From NCBI RefSeq assembly GCF_001447785.1, contig NW_015174324.1, forward strand, positions 276,004-340,003: a DNA stretch of 64,000 nucleotides, in the 5' to 3' direction. The DNA comes from Gekko japonicus. Taxonomy: Eukaryota. The position numbers and the translations under genes were made by a program. This document shows, piece by piece, positions 49,757-62,540 of this stretch (position 1 is its first letter; the number at the start of each line of letters is the position of its first letter). The notes under the pieces are model-generated. The model was given only the letters and a program-made list of their open reading frames with translations. It was not told where the DNA came from and did not search any database.

Positions 49757-50969
49757 TCATTATAAAAAGACAGTTAAGAGTCTCATCTCGAGATTATCAG
49801 AGTAGTTTCTGTAACATCTATTTTTTTTTTTAAGATAGATTCTGTACTCGCTCATTATTAGCATGTATGGTTTCACCACTTCCTCTTGGATAACTAAACT
49901 AGGTCGCTTAAAGTAATGAGCTAGTGTAACTCTTGAATGGTGTATCTAGAATAATGACATATTGGGACAAAGACACTGTTATAAAGCTGTTAGTGTTTGG
50001 AAATAGAGACCTTCTTAGAATAATACAATCAGTTTGTGGAGGTCTAAAGAATCACAGCAGGCAATATCTTTAATTGGCTTCTAACTGAGAATACGGATTG
50101 GAATGCCTTCGTATGGTCCATTAAGATATCTATTCATTCTCCCAGGCTGCAAGTACCTAAGATGCCATCTCAGAAACCCTCTTCTGCAGTTCTGTGGACA
50201 TTTCATAAACTGAAAGCATTAATAAGGGCATTTGATAATTCTAATGAGTCTACAACTGAAAAGGGTCAAAACATTTTCAGACACAGAAATGTTAGCTCAT
50301 GTTGAGAACTTCCTTTAAAATAACCTGCGTTATAAATACCACACGTGAGAACCTGCAAGGCAACTCACTTCCCCCTCCCCCACTATTTCCTCTTCCCTGA
50401 AAGCCCCCATAGTCTATCCCCTTTTCCTGGTTCCTTCTCTTCTTCTAGCACTGCCAACCTCTGGGTGGGGGCTGGAGATTTCCCTGGAAACACACACCTC
50501 CCAACTACAGAGATCAGTTTCTCCATTAGGGTTGCCGAATCGAGGTTGGGAAATCCCTAAAGATTTGGAGGTGGAGCTTTGGGAGGGTGAGGTTTGAGGA
50601 GGGAAGCAACCTTAGCAAAGTATAATGCCATAAAGTCCACCTTCCAAAGAAGCCATTTTCACCAGGGGAACTGATCTTTATCATCTGGAAAAGTTATAAT
50701 TCCAGGACATCTTCAGCCCCCACCTGGAGGTCGGCGACCCTAGTTCCCCTAGTAGAAATTGATGCTTTGGAGGGTGAAATCTACAGCATTATACCCCTCT
50801 GAGGTCCCTCCCCTCCCCAAACCCCCCTCCCTCCAATTTCTAGGAATTTTCTAACTTCTTGGGAATCCCCATATCCTCTCCCTGCCTCATACTCGTCTTC
50901 TCATCCATTCACCAACCTACCTTTTATCTACCTCCCATTTTTAGCTATATTTAGTCTTTATGTACTTCA

Positions 50970-52260
50970 TTTCATACAATGTTAGAGTTGGAAGGGACCT
51001 TACAGGTCATCTAGTCCAACCTCCTGCACTCTGCAGGAGCATAGCTGAAAGATAGCTCTACAACATACCCGAAAGTTCAGCCTCCGCTTAAAAATGCCCA
51101 GCGAAGGAGCATCCACCGCCTCCCAAGGCAGTCTGTTCCACTACTCAACCACTCTTACAGTTAGGAAGTTTCTCCTGATATTCAGCTGGTAATGACTCCC
51201 TTGTAATTTCCACCCATTAGATCTAGTCTTGCAATCCGGAGCAAGAGAGAATAGATCTGCTCCATCTTCTACATGACAGCCCTTCAGATATTTGAAGACT
51301 GCAATCATGTCCCCTCTAAGCCTTCTCTTTCCCAGGCTAAACATACTCAACTCTTTCAGCCTTTCCTCATAAGACTTGGATTCCAACCCTCTCACCATCC
51401 TGGTTGCCCTCTTCTGAACACGCTTGAGCTTGTCAACATCCTTCCTAAAATGTGGTGCCCAAAACTGGACACAGTACTCCAGGTGAGGCCTGACCATAGC
51501 AGAATAGAGCGGAACTACCACCTCCCTTGATCTGGACACAATGCTTCTGTTAATGCATCCTCAGATTTCATTAGCTTTCTTCACAGCCACATCGCACTGC
51601 AGGCTCATGTTTAGCTTGTGATCAACTAGAAAACCTAGATCCCTGTCACATGTGCTGTTGTCAAGCCATGTCCCTCCCATTCTATATCTGTGTCTTTGAT
51701 TTTCTGTACCTAAGTGTAGGACTTTGCACTTATCTCTATTGAAATTAATTTTATTCGTCTCAGTCCACTGTTCCAGCCTATCTAGATCATTTTGAATCCT
51801 GACTCTGTCTTCTTCAGAATTAGCAATCCCACCCAGCTTCGTGTCATCTGCAAATTTGATAAGCATCCCCTCTATGTCTTCCTCCAGGTCATTTATAAAA
51901 ACATTGAACAACACCGGGCCCAGGACCGAGCCCTGCGGCACTCCACTCGAGACTTCCCTCCACGTAGACGCAGAACTATTTATGAACACTCGTTAGGTAC
52001 GATTTTTCAACCAACCATGAATCCATCCAATGGTTGCACCATCCAGCCCACATTTGACCAGCTTATCCTCAAGGATATCATGAGGAACTTTGTCAAATGC
52101 TTTACTGAAACCTAGATACACTATGTCCACAGCATTGCCGGAGTCAACCATTTTAGTTAACTCTGTCACAAAAGGAGATAAGGTTGGTCTGGCATGACTT
52201 ATTCTTGATAAACCCATGCTGGCTACTACCAATTAACCATTCTGTTCAAGGTGTTCACAG
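50970..52260 (-). mobile_element. CR1 LINE 3' 1.3 kb
   Basis: SGVPQGSVLGPVLFN, KFADDTKL, YCVQFWAP motifs. Confidence 0.93.
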
Positions 52261-52791
52261 GTTACACCCCACCTTTCTCCACAGTGGGGCCAAAGCAGCT
52301 TACATTATATCCTACTCCTTGTTATCCACATAACAACCCTTTGAGGTAGGTTAGGCTGAAAGTATGTGACCGGTCCAAAATCACCCAGTCAGCTTCCACA
52401 GCAAGATGGGGATCTAAACCTGGAACTCACAGATCCTGCTCTGAAACTACACAACACTGGCTTTCAAAGGGTGGCTGCTGTTGAACAATAGTAAACAGTC
52501 AGGCCTGCTTGAAATATGCACGTTAGGTGGCATCAAGTCATCCAGAGGCTGCCATCAGGCCAAGGATTGCCAGCCTCCAGGTGGGACCTGGAGATCCTCC
52601 AGAATTACAACTCCAGACTCCTGTCCCCCCGGAGAAAATGGCTGTTTTGGAGGCTGGACCATGCTGAGGCCTCTCCCCTCCCCAAACCCTGCACTCCTCA
52701 GACTTCATCATAAAATCTCCAGGAATTTACCAACCTGGAGTTGGCAACTCTAGCCAGGCCTGGCCCCAATTAGTTCTCCCTCAAAGGCCAA

Positions 52792-52931
52792 TACCGTGTT
52801 TCCCCGAAAATAAGACACTGTCTTATATTTATTTTTTTCTCAAGAAGACACACTAGGGCTTATACCACAAATGCATAGAAATCCTGCTAGGGCTTATTTT
52901 TGGGGTAGGTCATTTTCGGGAAAACAGGGTA
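52792..52931. mobile_element. Tc1/mariner (Tigger-like) MITE
   Basis: TA-flanked TIRs CCGTGTTTCCCCGAAAAT / ATTTTCGGGAAAACAGGG. Confidence 0.75.
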
Positions 52932-53828
52932 GGCTTGGAAAGTCCCTATCCCCTCCCTCTGCCTTTACTGACAGAGCCAAGATTGGAATACTGTGGTCGC
53001 CTAGCAAAAGCCACTGAGGGGATCCACTGCTTAAAGCTACAGATGCTCCTTTTACCATTTTTGGATTTTTTAAAGCTGCCCAGTGTATTTTATTTTAGAT
53101 TTAACATTTTTCTGCAAACCTAGGGCCCTTTTCAGGTTCATAGAATTATCTGTCTTGCCTGTCCACAGCTCCAGTTACTGTATTTAAGCATCCAAAGACA
53201 TCCTGACTTCGCTATTAGAATACAATCCAAGTGGAGAGTCACGAAATTTGGAGGAGAGGAGTATCCCTCCCCCCCAATTACTGCTGATTCCCTGGGGGGG
53301 AAGATCCCCAGTGGGATGGGATCCCATATCCCCACACTCAATCACCAAGCATTATGTCCTCCATCAATCCTCCACTGCTGTGAGCAGGGGGGGAACCCCA
53401 TATCCCCCACCCAGTGCCAAGCCAGGTTCAGCTCCTGAGTTTGGTGTCCACTGTCACCAGGCACAGTGCGGCTCCCAGGCCCCGTGAAGTATCTGGGGAG
53501 AAATTTAAACCCCCACTGTTTGTTCATTTTTAAATCAGATTTTTTTTGCAAACGTAGGGAGTGCCCCAAGTTTGCTAAAAGATCTGTTTAATTTCTGTGT
53601 GGCCCCAATCCATGGATTTAGCTATCCGCAGATGGGGGCCACAGGTGGCTAATAGTACATAGATTATCATTTTCCTATCCTGAGACTTTATTTTAAAAAG
53701 TATTTTGCTTCATCATGCTGGCAGGATACAAATACTCAAGCCTGTGAAATATTCAAACTACTGCAGAGATTCTATTTTTGTCAACAACAATGCTTAAAGG
53801 AACTGAACAAGTGTAAGTATCTACATAC

Positions 53829-53921
53829 ACCAACAAACTCAATATCCTCTTCACTTTCATCCTCTTGAAGGGAAGCATTACCCTCCTTCTGGTTCTGAGA
53901 AGACACAAGGCAGTCCATTAT
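53829..53921 (-). CDS. ZNF451: ZNF451 exon 2 (IMDCLVSSQNQKEGNASLQEDESEEDIEFVG; SIM1)
   Basis: ttttttcag acceptor, gtatgt donor, 93 nt; EEDIEFVG matches human EDDIQFVS; in-frame ATG at 53918. Confidence 0.9.
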
Positions 53922-54899
53922 CTGAAAAAACATAAATACACAGCATCACTGAATTAATTTTAACCTCAATTGTCTCAACTGCTTCAATTACTCTATGGCT
54001 CTATTTACATTTATTGATGCCAGGAGTGGTTGAGTTATTCCATCAGAATGGTCCACCACCTTTCCCTGGCATTAACTCAGTGTGCACTGAAATGTAACTA
54101 ACTGCTAAGCTGCCAGTTAGGTATTTAAATCAGTAATTTGAATTTAACTTTGTTGGAATTTTTTAAAATTGATTTTATGTTTTATGGAATTGTTTGACAC
54201 TTCGTAAACCACTCTGAGTCAGTTTGTGGGGTAGGGCAGGATATAAATCTCAATAAATAAATAGACTGCGTAATTCCACAGCAATCAGTCTAAAGACTAG
54301 TCCCTTTTTAATAGTTAACACTGTAAAGTTACAGAGTAATTGGTTAAGAAACTGTGGTAATAATTTATTTATTTATTTAAAAAATGACATTAAAAAGATA
54401 TAAAGTAACACAAAGCCAACACTTACTCTGACAATTAAAAAAACCTTTTTAAACATAGCCTACTTTTACTAGTAGCACTTACAGGTATTAATAAAACAAA
54501 CTTAGAAAACCTACAGGTAGATGCTGCAGAAAACATAACAAGCCTCAGTACAAAGAGTTTGCATTCTATTTTGGATATAACAAAACAGAAAATCAAGGGT
54601 CAATAGAAAATGACAAAGTGGTTACCCTGTTGGCCCTAGAGAAAAGGAATGCAGAATGCCACCTTTTACTGTTTCTACTTAGGTTGTGTCAGTATAAAAA
54701 TATGCAGGCTTTCCACGTTTCACAAAACTTCTTATGGGGGAATATGAGGAAGAGTTCCTTAGAACCTGAATCCCTTGCACAAATGATTCCACACCAGCTT
54801 GGTCAGACCCATAAAGAATGCTGTTTTATCTAGATTTAGAATAAAAGCCAATCAAGTACTAATGAAGAAATAAAGAATGTAAACTCGAGCTTTTCTTAA

Positions 54900-55560
54900 A
54901 AATGGGAGGGCGCTTCCCAGGAGTCAAAAATGGCAAAGGAAGCCACTAGGCCTTATCAGCAGGCATGCTCTTACCTGCAAGAGTTCACCCGAGAGCAGTG
55001 GATTTAAAAAAAACACTGCGCTACTCCTAAAAGCGATACATTTATTCAATCGGAAACCAACCGCAACGCGTAAACGAAACAGTAAAGCTGCCAGCTGGCG
55101 GCAAGGGGAGACGAATGCATACCGTGACAGCAGCACAGGCCTGGGTTACTAAGAGACAGCACCTGCGCGCACAACGCACCCCACTATGCCTCGGGACAAT
55201 GCTGCTGCAAGATACCTGGCTACTGCAGCGCATCGATGCTCAGGCACAGGATCCTGGAAAATAGCGCGAGAGTGGCTGCGTGGATCTATTACAGAACAGA
55301 GCAAAGACGAGCCCCCGGAACTTCCGTTTGTTCCACAAACTTAACCCGCCCGCCCCCGGGAATTACAGGCATTCACACGTGACTTTCAGAATAGCGCGCG
55401 AGTTTTACTTCCTGCGCTTCAAATTTAGAGGACGTCACGATTGCCCGCCGGAAAGACTAGCAGGTGTCTGTCGGGAATTGTAGTTTCGTTCCCGTTTTCA
55501 CGCGATTAAAGCTAACATTTTTGGCGTTGAAATAGTTCAAATTCTGTTGATGCATTCGCC
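54900..55560 (-). promoter_or_regulatory. ZNF451: CpG-rich ZNF451 promoter and first exon
   Basis: Local CpG enrichment in non-repeat DNA; inverted ETS pair CCGGAACTTCCG 55315-55326; GC boxes about 55345-55357; CRE-like GACGTCA about 55431; ZNF143-type ACTACAATTCCC (minus) 55473-55484. Confidence 0.8.
55216..55233 (-). CDS. ZNF451: ZNF451 probable coding exon 1 (MRCSSQ)
   Basis: ATG at 55233 inside the CpG-rich promoter region; CAG|GTATCT donor, phase 0 and in frame with exon 2. Human exon 1 also encodes only about 7 aa. A stronger alternative donor lies at 54975. Confidence 0.5.
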
Positions 55561-55934
55561 GCAATTTGGTTTTCCTTCCAATCAACGGAGTCATTTTTAA
55601 AAAAATACTTCTCAATGGCGTTTGGAACGAAATTCATATTTTTTAATAAATGAATCTTCGTTTTATGTCCATCCCATTTAGCTGACCCTCTAGAGAAGAG
55701 CCTTGCCTCTGCGCCAGACCATATGCTTTATGCTGTAAAAGGAGGTACTAAAAGGAAGGACATGATTGCCCATTGGAAACAATGGGAAACACTTGAAGGC
55801 CCATTGGAAATAATGGAAGCCAGGCATGCCAATTGACTTGCATGGGCCCCATTGAAATACAATACAGTACAAGGAGAGTTGCAATAAAAATGCGGAATAG
55901 ATTTTCCATTAGGGTCTCTGAGCCCAAAAAGACT

Positions 55935-57018
55935 ATTCTGGGAATGGAACGACAAAGACGCCTCTAGGAGTAACAAAATTGTTCTGCGGCTGGAATGAGA
56001 GACCAGGGAGTGGATTGACAGCCCCAGGGTGTAGCAGGAGTGTTCAGGGACTGGGATGAGAGACCCCAGAGTGCAATGAGAGCCCCTAGGACTAACAAAT
56101 GTATTCTGGGACTGGAATGAGAGACCCAGGGTGTAGCAGGAGTGTTCAGGGACTGTAATGAGAGACCATGGAGGGGAATGACAGCCCCAAGGTGTAACAG
56201 GAGTGTTCAGGGACTGGAACATAGACCATGGAGTGGAATGACAACCCCTGGGGGTAGCAGGAGTGTTCAGGGACTGTAATGAGAGACCATGGAGTGGAAT
56301 GCCAGCTCCTGGGGGTAGCAGGAGTGTTCTGGAACTGGAATGAAAGGTCCCATATTGGAATGACTGCCCCTGAGTGTAGCAGGAGTGTTCAGGGACTGGG
56401 ATGAGACCCCCCAGAGTGGAATAACAGCCCCTAGGAGTAACAGAAATGTTCTGCGACTGGAATGAGAGACCATGGAGTGGAATGACAGCCGCAGGGTGTA
56501 GCAGGAGTGCTCTGAAACAGGAATGACAGGCCACAGACTGGAATGACAGCCCCAGGGTGTAGCAGGAGTGTTCAGGGGCTTGAATGAGAGACCACGGAGT
56601 GGAATGACAGCCCCTGGGGGTAGCATGAGTGTTCTGAGACTGGGATGAAAGGCCCCAGAGTGGAATGATAGCCCCTAGGAGTAACAAAATTGTTCTGCGA
56701 CTGGAATAAGAGACCATGGAGTGGAATGACAGCCCCTGGGGGTAGCATGAGTGTTCTGAGACTGGGATGAAAGGCCCCAGAGTGGAATGATAGCCCCTAG
56801 GAGTAACAAAATTGTTCTGCGACTGGAATAAGAGACCATGGAGTGGAATGACAGCCCCTGGGGTTTGCAGGAGTGTTCTGGAATCAGAAGGACAGGGCCC
56901 AGAGTGAACTTTCAGCCCCAGGGTGTAGCAGGAGTGTTCAGGGACTGGGATGAGAGGCCCCAGAGTGGAATGGCAGCCCCTAGGGGTATCAGAAGTGTTC
57001 AGGGACTGGAATGAGAGG
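55935..57018. repeat. Minisatellite with about 61-bp unit (about 18 copies) and a 122-bp higher-order repeat
   Basis: Consensus approx. GGACTGGAATGAGAGACCATGGAGTGGAATGACAGCCCCTGGGGTAGCAGGAGTGTTCA; near-identical 122-bp blocks at 56621 and 56743. Confidence 0.92.
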
Positions 57019-57218
57019 TAAACTGTGTATTTGAACTTGTAAAGTAGGGTTATTTTTGAAAGTGTAGTCTATAGATAATATGTGCCTTATAGTGTTACTC
57101 TAATCAGAAGTAAATTAGTAAACCATTGTTACATAACATATGTGGGAATCATAGGTATTCCTTCTCTTTCTCCTGCATATGCTTTTTAATTGCTTGGAGC
57201 GTTCTCAAAGGCATTAGA

Positions 57219-57600
57219 CAGAGGTGTCAAACATGTGGACCATGGGCTGGATCAGGCCCTCGGGGGGCCCTAATCCGGCCCACAAGGCCCTGGTTGTTTC
57301 CTAATTCTATTTGCAGTTCTGCTGCTGCTGCCATGTTACCAGTCTCTCTCAATCGCACAGGAGAGATCGATAGGCAAGGCTCTCCTGTGCAATTGAGTCT
57401 GGTAAAGAACTGGCTGAGACTCCTTTTCCTCCTCCTCCCAGGGAAGGGAGGGAACAGCCAGAGCTCTCTTCCTGGCCAAGCTGCAGGAGACAAAGGGCAG
57501 CCTTTCTTTCCTTCTACTGGCTGAGGCTCGTCCCCAAAGGCAGGGAGGGAACGAGGGAGAGCTTGCTTTGCTGGGCTGCCTCAGTAGTACAGGAGAAAGC
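57219..57600 (+). mobile_element. hAT-type MITE 5' part
   Basis: CAGAGGTGTCAAAC...GGATCAGGCCC...ATCCGGCCC start. Confidence 0.6.
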
Positions 57601-57603
57601 ACT

Positions 57604-59172
57604 TTTAAGCCTCTGTCCATCATCTTCAAGGCCTCCTGGAGGACTGGGGAGGTGCCACAAGATTGGAGAAGAGTGAATGTTATCCCAATCTTTAAAAAAG
57701 GGAAGAAGGATGACCCGGGAAACTACAGGCCGGTCAGTCTGACTTCTGTTCCTGAGAAGATATTAGAGCAGATTTTAAAGGGATTGATCTGTAAGCATCT
57801 GAAGGACTACTTAGTGATCCAGGGAAGTCAGCATGGTTTTGTCCCCAACAGTTCTTGTCAGACCAATCTGGTTTCCTTCTTTGATCGTGTGACGAGCTTA
57901 CTGGATCATGGGGACTCTGTTGATGTGATTTACCTGGATTTCAGTAAAGTTTTTGATAAGGTTCCCCATGACATTCTGATGGGCAAACTGGAAGACTGTG
58001 GACTGGACTATAGGACAGTTCAGTGGTGAGAAGTACGCAGATGGAGAGTGATTTCAGCAAAGTGTACTTTATTCGATCAGGAACAAGACGACTTTGGCCG
58101 GCTTGCAGGCCGGCTTATATTCCCTGTGAAACTGCCACCCAAAACAGACCCCCACTTCCCAATAGGTTATTTACAGTGGCCAAGATTTCCATAGGCTCTC
58201 AGCCGGGAACCTAGCCCCCTGATTGGCGCGGGCTAGGATTCGCATAGTCCATTGTCTCTTTGAGCGAAGCTTGACGTTTGCGCTTGAACGCATGGAGCCC
58301 AAGCTGGCCACATGGTCTGAACTGGATATATTACAGGTGGACAGGAAACTGGTTAGAGGACCGCACCCAAAGAGTGGCGGTCAATGGTGTCTCATCAGAT
58401 TGGAGGGAGGTGTCCAGCGGGGTGCCGCAGGGCTCAGTTTTGGGCCCGGTACTTTTCAATATTTTTATCAGTTATCTGGATGAAGGGGTAGAAGGGCTAC
58501 TCATTAAATTTGCTGATGATACCAAATTGGGAGGAGTAGCAAACACCCAAGAAGATAGAGTTAAAATTCAACAAGACCTGAATACTCTGGAGAAGTGGCC
58601 AGTTGCAAACAGGATGCAATTCAACAAAGATAAATGCACAGTATTACCTCTGGGCCACAAAAATGTCAAGCACAAATACTGGATGGGGAAAACATTTCTG
58701 GGGAGTAGTGTATGCAAAAGAGATCTTGGGGTAAGAGTGAACTGTAAACTAAATCGGGGGTCTGGAGAGTAAGCCCTATGAGGAAAGGCTAAGGGCCTTA
58801 GGAATGTTTAGTTTGGAGAAGAGGAGATTGAGAAGGGACATGATTGTTCTCTTTAAGTATTTGAAAGGCTGTCATTTGGAGGAGGGTAAGGAGCTGTTCC
58901 AGTTGGCAGCAGAGGACAGGACCCGGAGCAACGGGTTTAAATTACATGCAGAAAGGTATCGGCTAGATTTTAGGAAAAACCTTTTCACAGTCAGAGTGGT
59001 TCAAAGGTGGAATCAGCTGCCTAGGGAGGTGGTTAGCTCCCCTTCACTGACAGCTTTTAAGAAGAGGCTGGATGAATATTTGTCAGAGATGTTTTAGGCT
59101 GGTCCTGCATTGGACAGGGGGTTGGACTAGATGGTCTGTATGGCCCCTTCCAACTCTATGATTCTGTGATTC
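57604..59172 (+). mobile_element. CR1 LINE 3' fragment split by a solo LTR
   Basis: PGNYRPVSLTS, YLDFSKVFDKV, GVPQGSVLGP, FADDTKL; ATTCTATG tail. Confidence 0.93.
58027..58335 (-). mobile_element. Solo LTR (309 bp) inside CR1
   Basis: TG...CA ends, TSD agtgg/ggtgg; the CR1 reading frame resumes after it. Confidence 0.8.
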
Positions 59173-59900
59173 AATTACAGTGAGTATGCAGTATGTGCAC
59201 TTTGGTTTGAAGTAGTGGAATAAGTTTGATGCATCCTGGAACAGGAAGAGCTGATGTACATAAGATTTGACAAATCTGTGGACAGTTCAGGCAAAACCTG
59301 AATTCTACAAACCTTAATAACAAAGTAATCTAGTTCTCATTTGTCAATGCTTACCATGCATTTCAGAAGACTGAAGAATATCTGTGTTTCCACATAGGGA
59401 AGATGACCCTTAATGCAAGATGAGCCCCTTCAACGTTTTTACATATGCTAAATAATGCAGTTTTAATCCACTTCAGCAACCGTTTGCAAGTGGATTTTGC
59501 CATTTCATACAGTAAAACCCAGTTGCAAAGTGCGTTGAAAGTAGATTAAAAGTGTGTAATTTAGTGTATGTGCAAGTGCCCAAATGTTATAGACAAAATG
59601 CCTTTTATTACTGTAAATACTTGTAACTTTTCTTGAAGGCATGTTTGGGGGGAAAACTAGTCTTTCATTTTAAATAGAGTAACTGATACTACTAAGACAG
59701 CAAAGATACTTTAAACCTTTCCGCCTCTGATAGCTAGCATTAGATTTCTTGTAGCGCTATGCTAAGTAGAGTTACAACCTTCTAAGCCAATTTACTTCAA
59801 AGGACTTATAAGAATGTAACTCTGCTTTAGAACTGAACTAGTAAATATATAAACATTTATAATGAGTACCTCTTGGCAAATAGCCTAATCTAATGCTATA

Positions 59901-61046
59901 AGCAGGAACCTGCAAATACTTGTGGGAGGCATCTCATCTCCCCCTCCTCCACTATTTCCTCTTTTCCTTCCCTGAAAACCTCCATAGCATCTCCCCTTTT
60001 CCTGCTCCCTTTTGTCCTTCCCAACCGCCCACCCACCAACCTAACCTTTATCTGCCATCTTCAGATTTCCCTCCTTCCTTCTCCTAGGCAGCCTCTACCC
60101 AGAAAAATTATGGCCACCATGGTGTTCTCTCCTCAGTCTTTCTTCAACTGACCTTTTATCTACCTCCCATCTTCAGCAGTATTTATTATTTATTTATTTC
60201 ACTTATACACCTTTCTTCACAGTGGAGACCAAAGCAGCTCACATTAGTGTCTCCTTTCCTCCTTTTTATCTGCACAACAACCCTGTGAGGTAGGTTAGGT
60301 TGTAAGTATGTGACTGGTCCATAATCACCCAGTGAGCTTGCCCAGCAAGATGAGGATTCGAACCCGGATATCCCAGACCCTACTTTGAGACTGGCTTTCA
60401 AAGGATGGATGTTATTGAACAGTAGCAAGCAGCCAGGCCTAGTTGAGTTATGCAAGTCAGGTGTTATCAAGTAACCCAGGGGTTGCTGCCAGACTTAGAG
60501 TTGCCAACCTCCACTTGGGATCTGGAAATCTCCCAGAATTACAACTGAACTCCGGACTAGAGATCTGTCCCCCTGGAGAAAATGCCTCCTTCGGAGGGTG
60601 AACTGAACTCTACGGCACAATATCCACCTCAGGACCCTCCACTCCCCAAACCATCCTCTCCTCAGACTCTACTGCAAAATCTCCAGAGATTCTTCAACCT
60701 GAAACTGGCAAACCTAACCAGGCCTGGCCTCAAGGTGCCTTCACTCAAAGGCTAAAATATGCCTGGAAAGACCCTGCCTCCTCCCCCTTGCTTTTACGGA
60801 CAGTACCAAGCCTTGGAATACTGGTTGCCTAACAAAAGCCACTGAGATCATCTGTTGCTTCAAGCTACAGGTGCTCCTTTTATCAATTTTTTTTAACCCA
60901 CAGTTTTCTAAAAAAATATTTCTCATTTTTCTGCAAACCTGGGGTGTTTTTCAGGTTTGTAGAAAAACCTGTCTTGCCCATTCAGAGTTCCAGTCACTGG
61001 ATTTAAGTATCCTCAGATTTGTCTAACTTTACTATTAGTATGTAGA
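59901..61046 (-). mobile_element. Composite Helitron-like element
   Basis: Minus-strand A|TCTACATACTAATA 5' end; 3' CCCACAAG-TA-TTTGCAGG hairpin + CCTG; internal SINE/MITE modules. Confidence 0.55.
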
Positions 61047-61734
61047 TTACAGATGCTGTATCCCAAAACAAAGTATTGATACTCTTGCTTTGGAGTAATA
61101 TGCATGAGTCATATGAACAAAATACTGTGGCCTTATATAATGACCCTCCCCACCCATAGCTCCTCCTCTCCACCATTGCAAAAGTCCCTGACAAAGGAGT
61201 AATTAGAAAATCTCCTGAAACTTTATTTCCAGTTGTTTTTACTAGTTGGGTTCTAGACCTCTCTCTGAAAGATAAATGTGCTGCCCCAGCCAGCATTAAT
61301 GTACCTTTAAGAGTAGTTGCACCCTGGGAATTGGAGTCCACAGTTAGGGGTCCCAGAAGCTTCCCTCTGACTGGCTCATTAAGAGTAATTTCCTGACCTT
61401 AGAGGCGCAAAGATAGGAGTTTATTGTTCTTTTCTGTTTCTTTGTCCATCAACCCTTACTGCTAGGAGAGGGGAAGCCCATCTCTTCTCTCACTATTGAA
61501 CTAGCCTAGATCAGAAGATGTAACTTTCCACTGGACAGGACAGTAAACCTGGGTCCGGAACACTGATGGGATAGAAGTAGCTGAGTGAGGGGAAGATTTA
61601 GGGGGGGGGATGACCAACCAGTTAAGCACTGGTACAAATACTTCCATCTCCATGTTACTTTGCAGTAGCTTTTTAGTACATTTATATGTAGCTGCTCTGT
61701 AACATGAGCGCTGTCCTGGAGACCCCGTACTAGT

Positions 61735-61910
61735 CCAATATCAACATATCTTGGAAGCTAAGAAGGGTCAGCCCCAGTTAGTACTTGGATGGTAGACCAC
61801 CCAGGAAATCCAGGGTTGCTATGCAGAGGCAGGCAATGGCAAACCACCTCTGTTCATCTCTTGCCTTGAAACCCTACAGGGTTGCCATAAGTCATCTGCA
61901 CTTGACAGCA
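61735..61910 (+). mobile_element. 5S rRNA-derived SINE
   Basis: GGAAGCTAAG..GGGTC...GTTAGTACTTGGATGG.AGACC 5S-like head followed by a squamate SINE tail. Confidence 0.7.
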
Positions 61911-61979
61911 AATATAAATATATAAAATAAAAGTATAATGTAGTTTGGCCCCTTAAAATGGACCAGTGCCAATGGCAAG

Positions 61980-62338
61980 CTTTGTTGTTGTTTGGTCGTA
62001 CAGTCGAGTCTGACTTTTCGCAACCTCATGGACCACATCACGCCAGGCCTTCCTGTCTTCCGCCTCTGTCCTCCGGAGTTTGCTTAATTTCATGTTTGTT
62101 GCATTGATAACACTCTCTAACCATCTCATCCTTTGCCGTCCCCTTCTTCTTTTACCTTCAATCTTTCCCCACATCAGGGTCTTCTCCAGTGAGTGCTCCC
62201 TTCTCATGTGGTGGCCAAAGTATTTGAACTTCAGCTTCAATATCTGGTCTTCCAGGGAACAGGGTTGATTTTTTGTTAGGATTGACTGATTTGATCTCCT
62301 TGCAGTCCAAGGGACTCTCAAGGGTCTTCTCCAGCATG
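61980..62338 (-). mobile_element. BovB (RTE) LINE 3' end
   Basis: RVPWTARRSNQSIL, KYFGH, SLEKTLM.GKIEGKRRRGRQRMRWL; (CAA)n tail. Confidence 0.92.
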
Positions 62339-62540
62339 CAAGGCAAAAGAAGGATAGGTCGAAGAAATTTCAAGAGTTGAAAGATCAACTAGCAAAGCAG
62401 GAAGAAAAGTTGAAAAAGTATCCAACAGTTATTGAGTTGAAAACAAAAATACAATTGGTTCAATGTGAGAGTGCACAGAAGGCTAAAAATGTGCCCAACT
62501 GCATGATCCTCCATATAGTGGCTGGAAAGCAACATGATCA
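62339..62540 (+). mobile_element. Short L1 ORF2 fragment
   Basis: K/E/Q-rich coiled segment resembling 46164-46490. Confidence 0.4.

Larger units (their letters stand above)
50340..53225 (-). mobile_element. Composite Helitron-like element interrupted by a CR1 and a Tc1/mariner MITE
   Basis: Module order and both ends shared with 59901-61046. Confidence 0.5.

Noticed and set aside
55728-56717. 329-aa minus-strand ORF
   Set aside because: Translation of the 61-bp minisatellite; periodic, with no domain.
55935-57018. CRISPR-like repeat/spacer array
   Set aside because: Vertebrate DNA; units are contiguous degenerate tandem copies without unique spacers; no cas genes.
61735-61830. 5S rRNA gene
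   Set aside because: Partial, diverged and fused to a SINE tail.
61953-62321. BovB fragment as a novel horizontal transfer
   Set aside because: BovB is well known and widespread in squamates.
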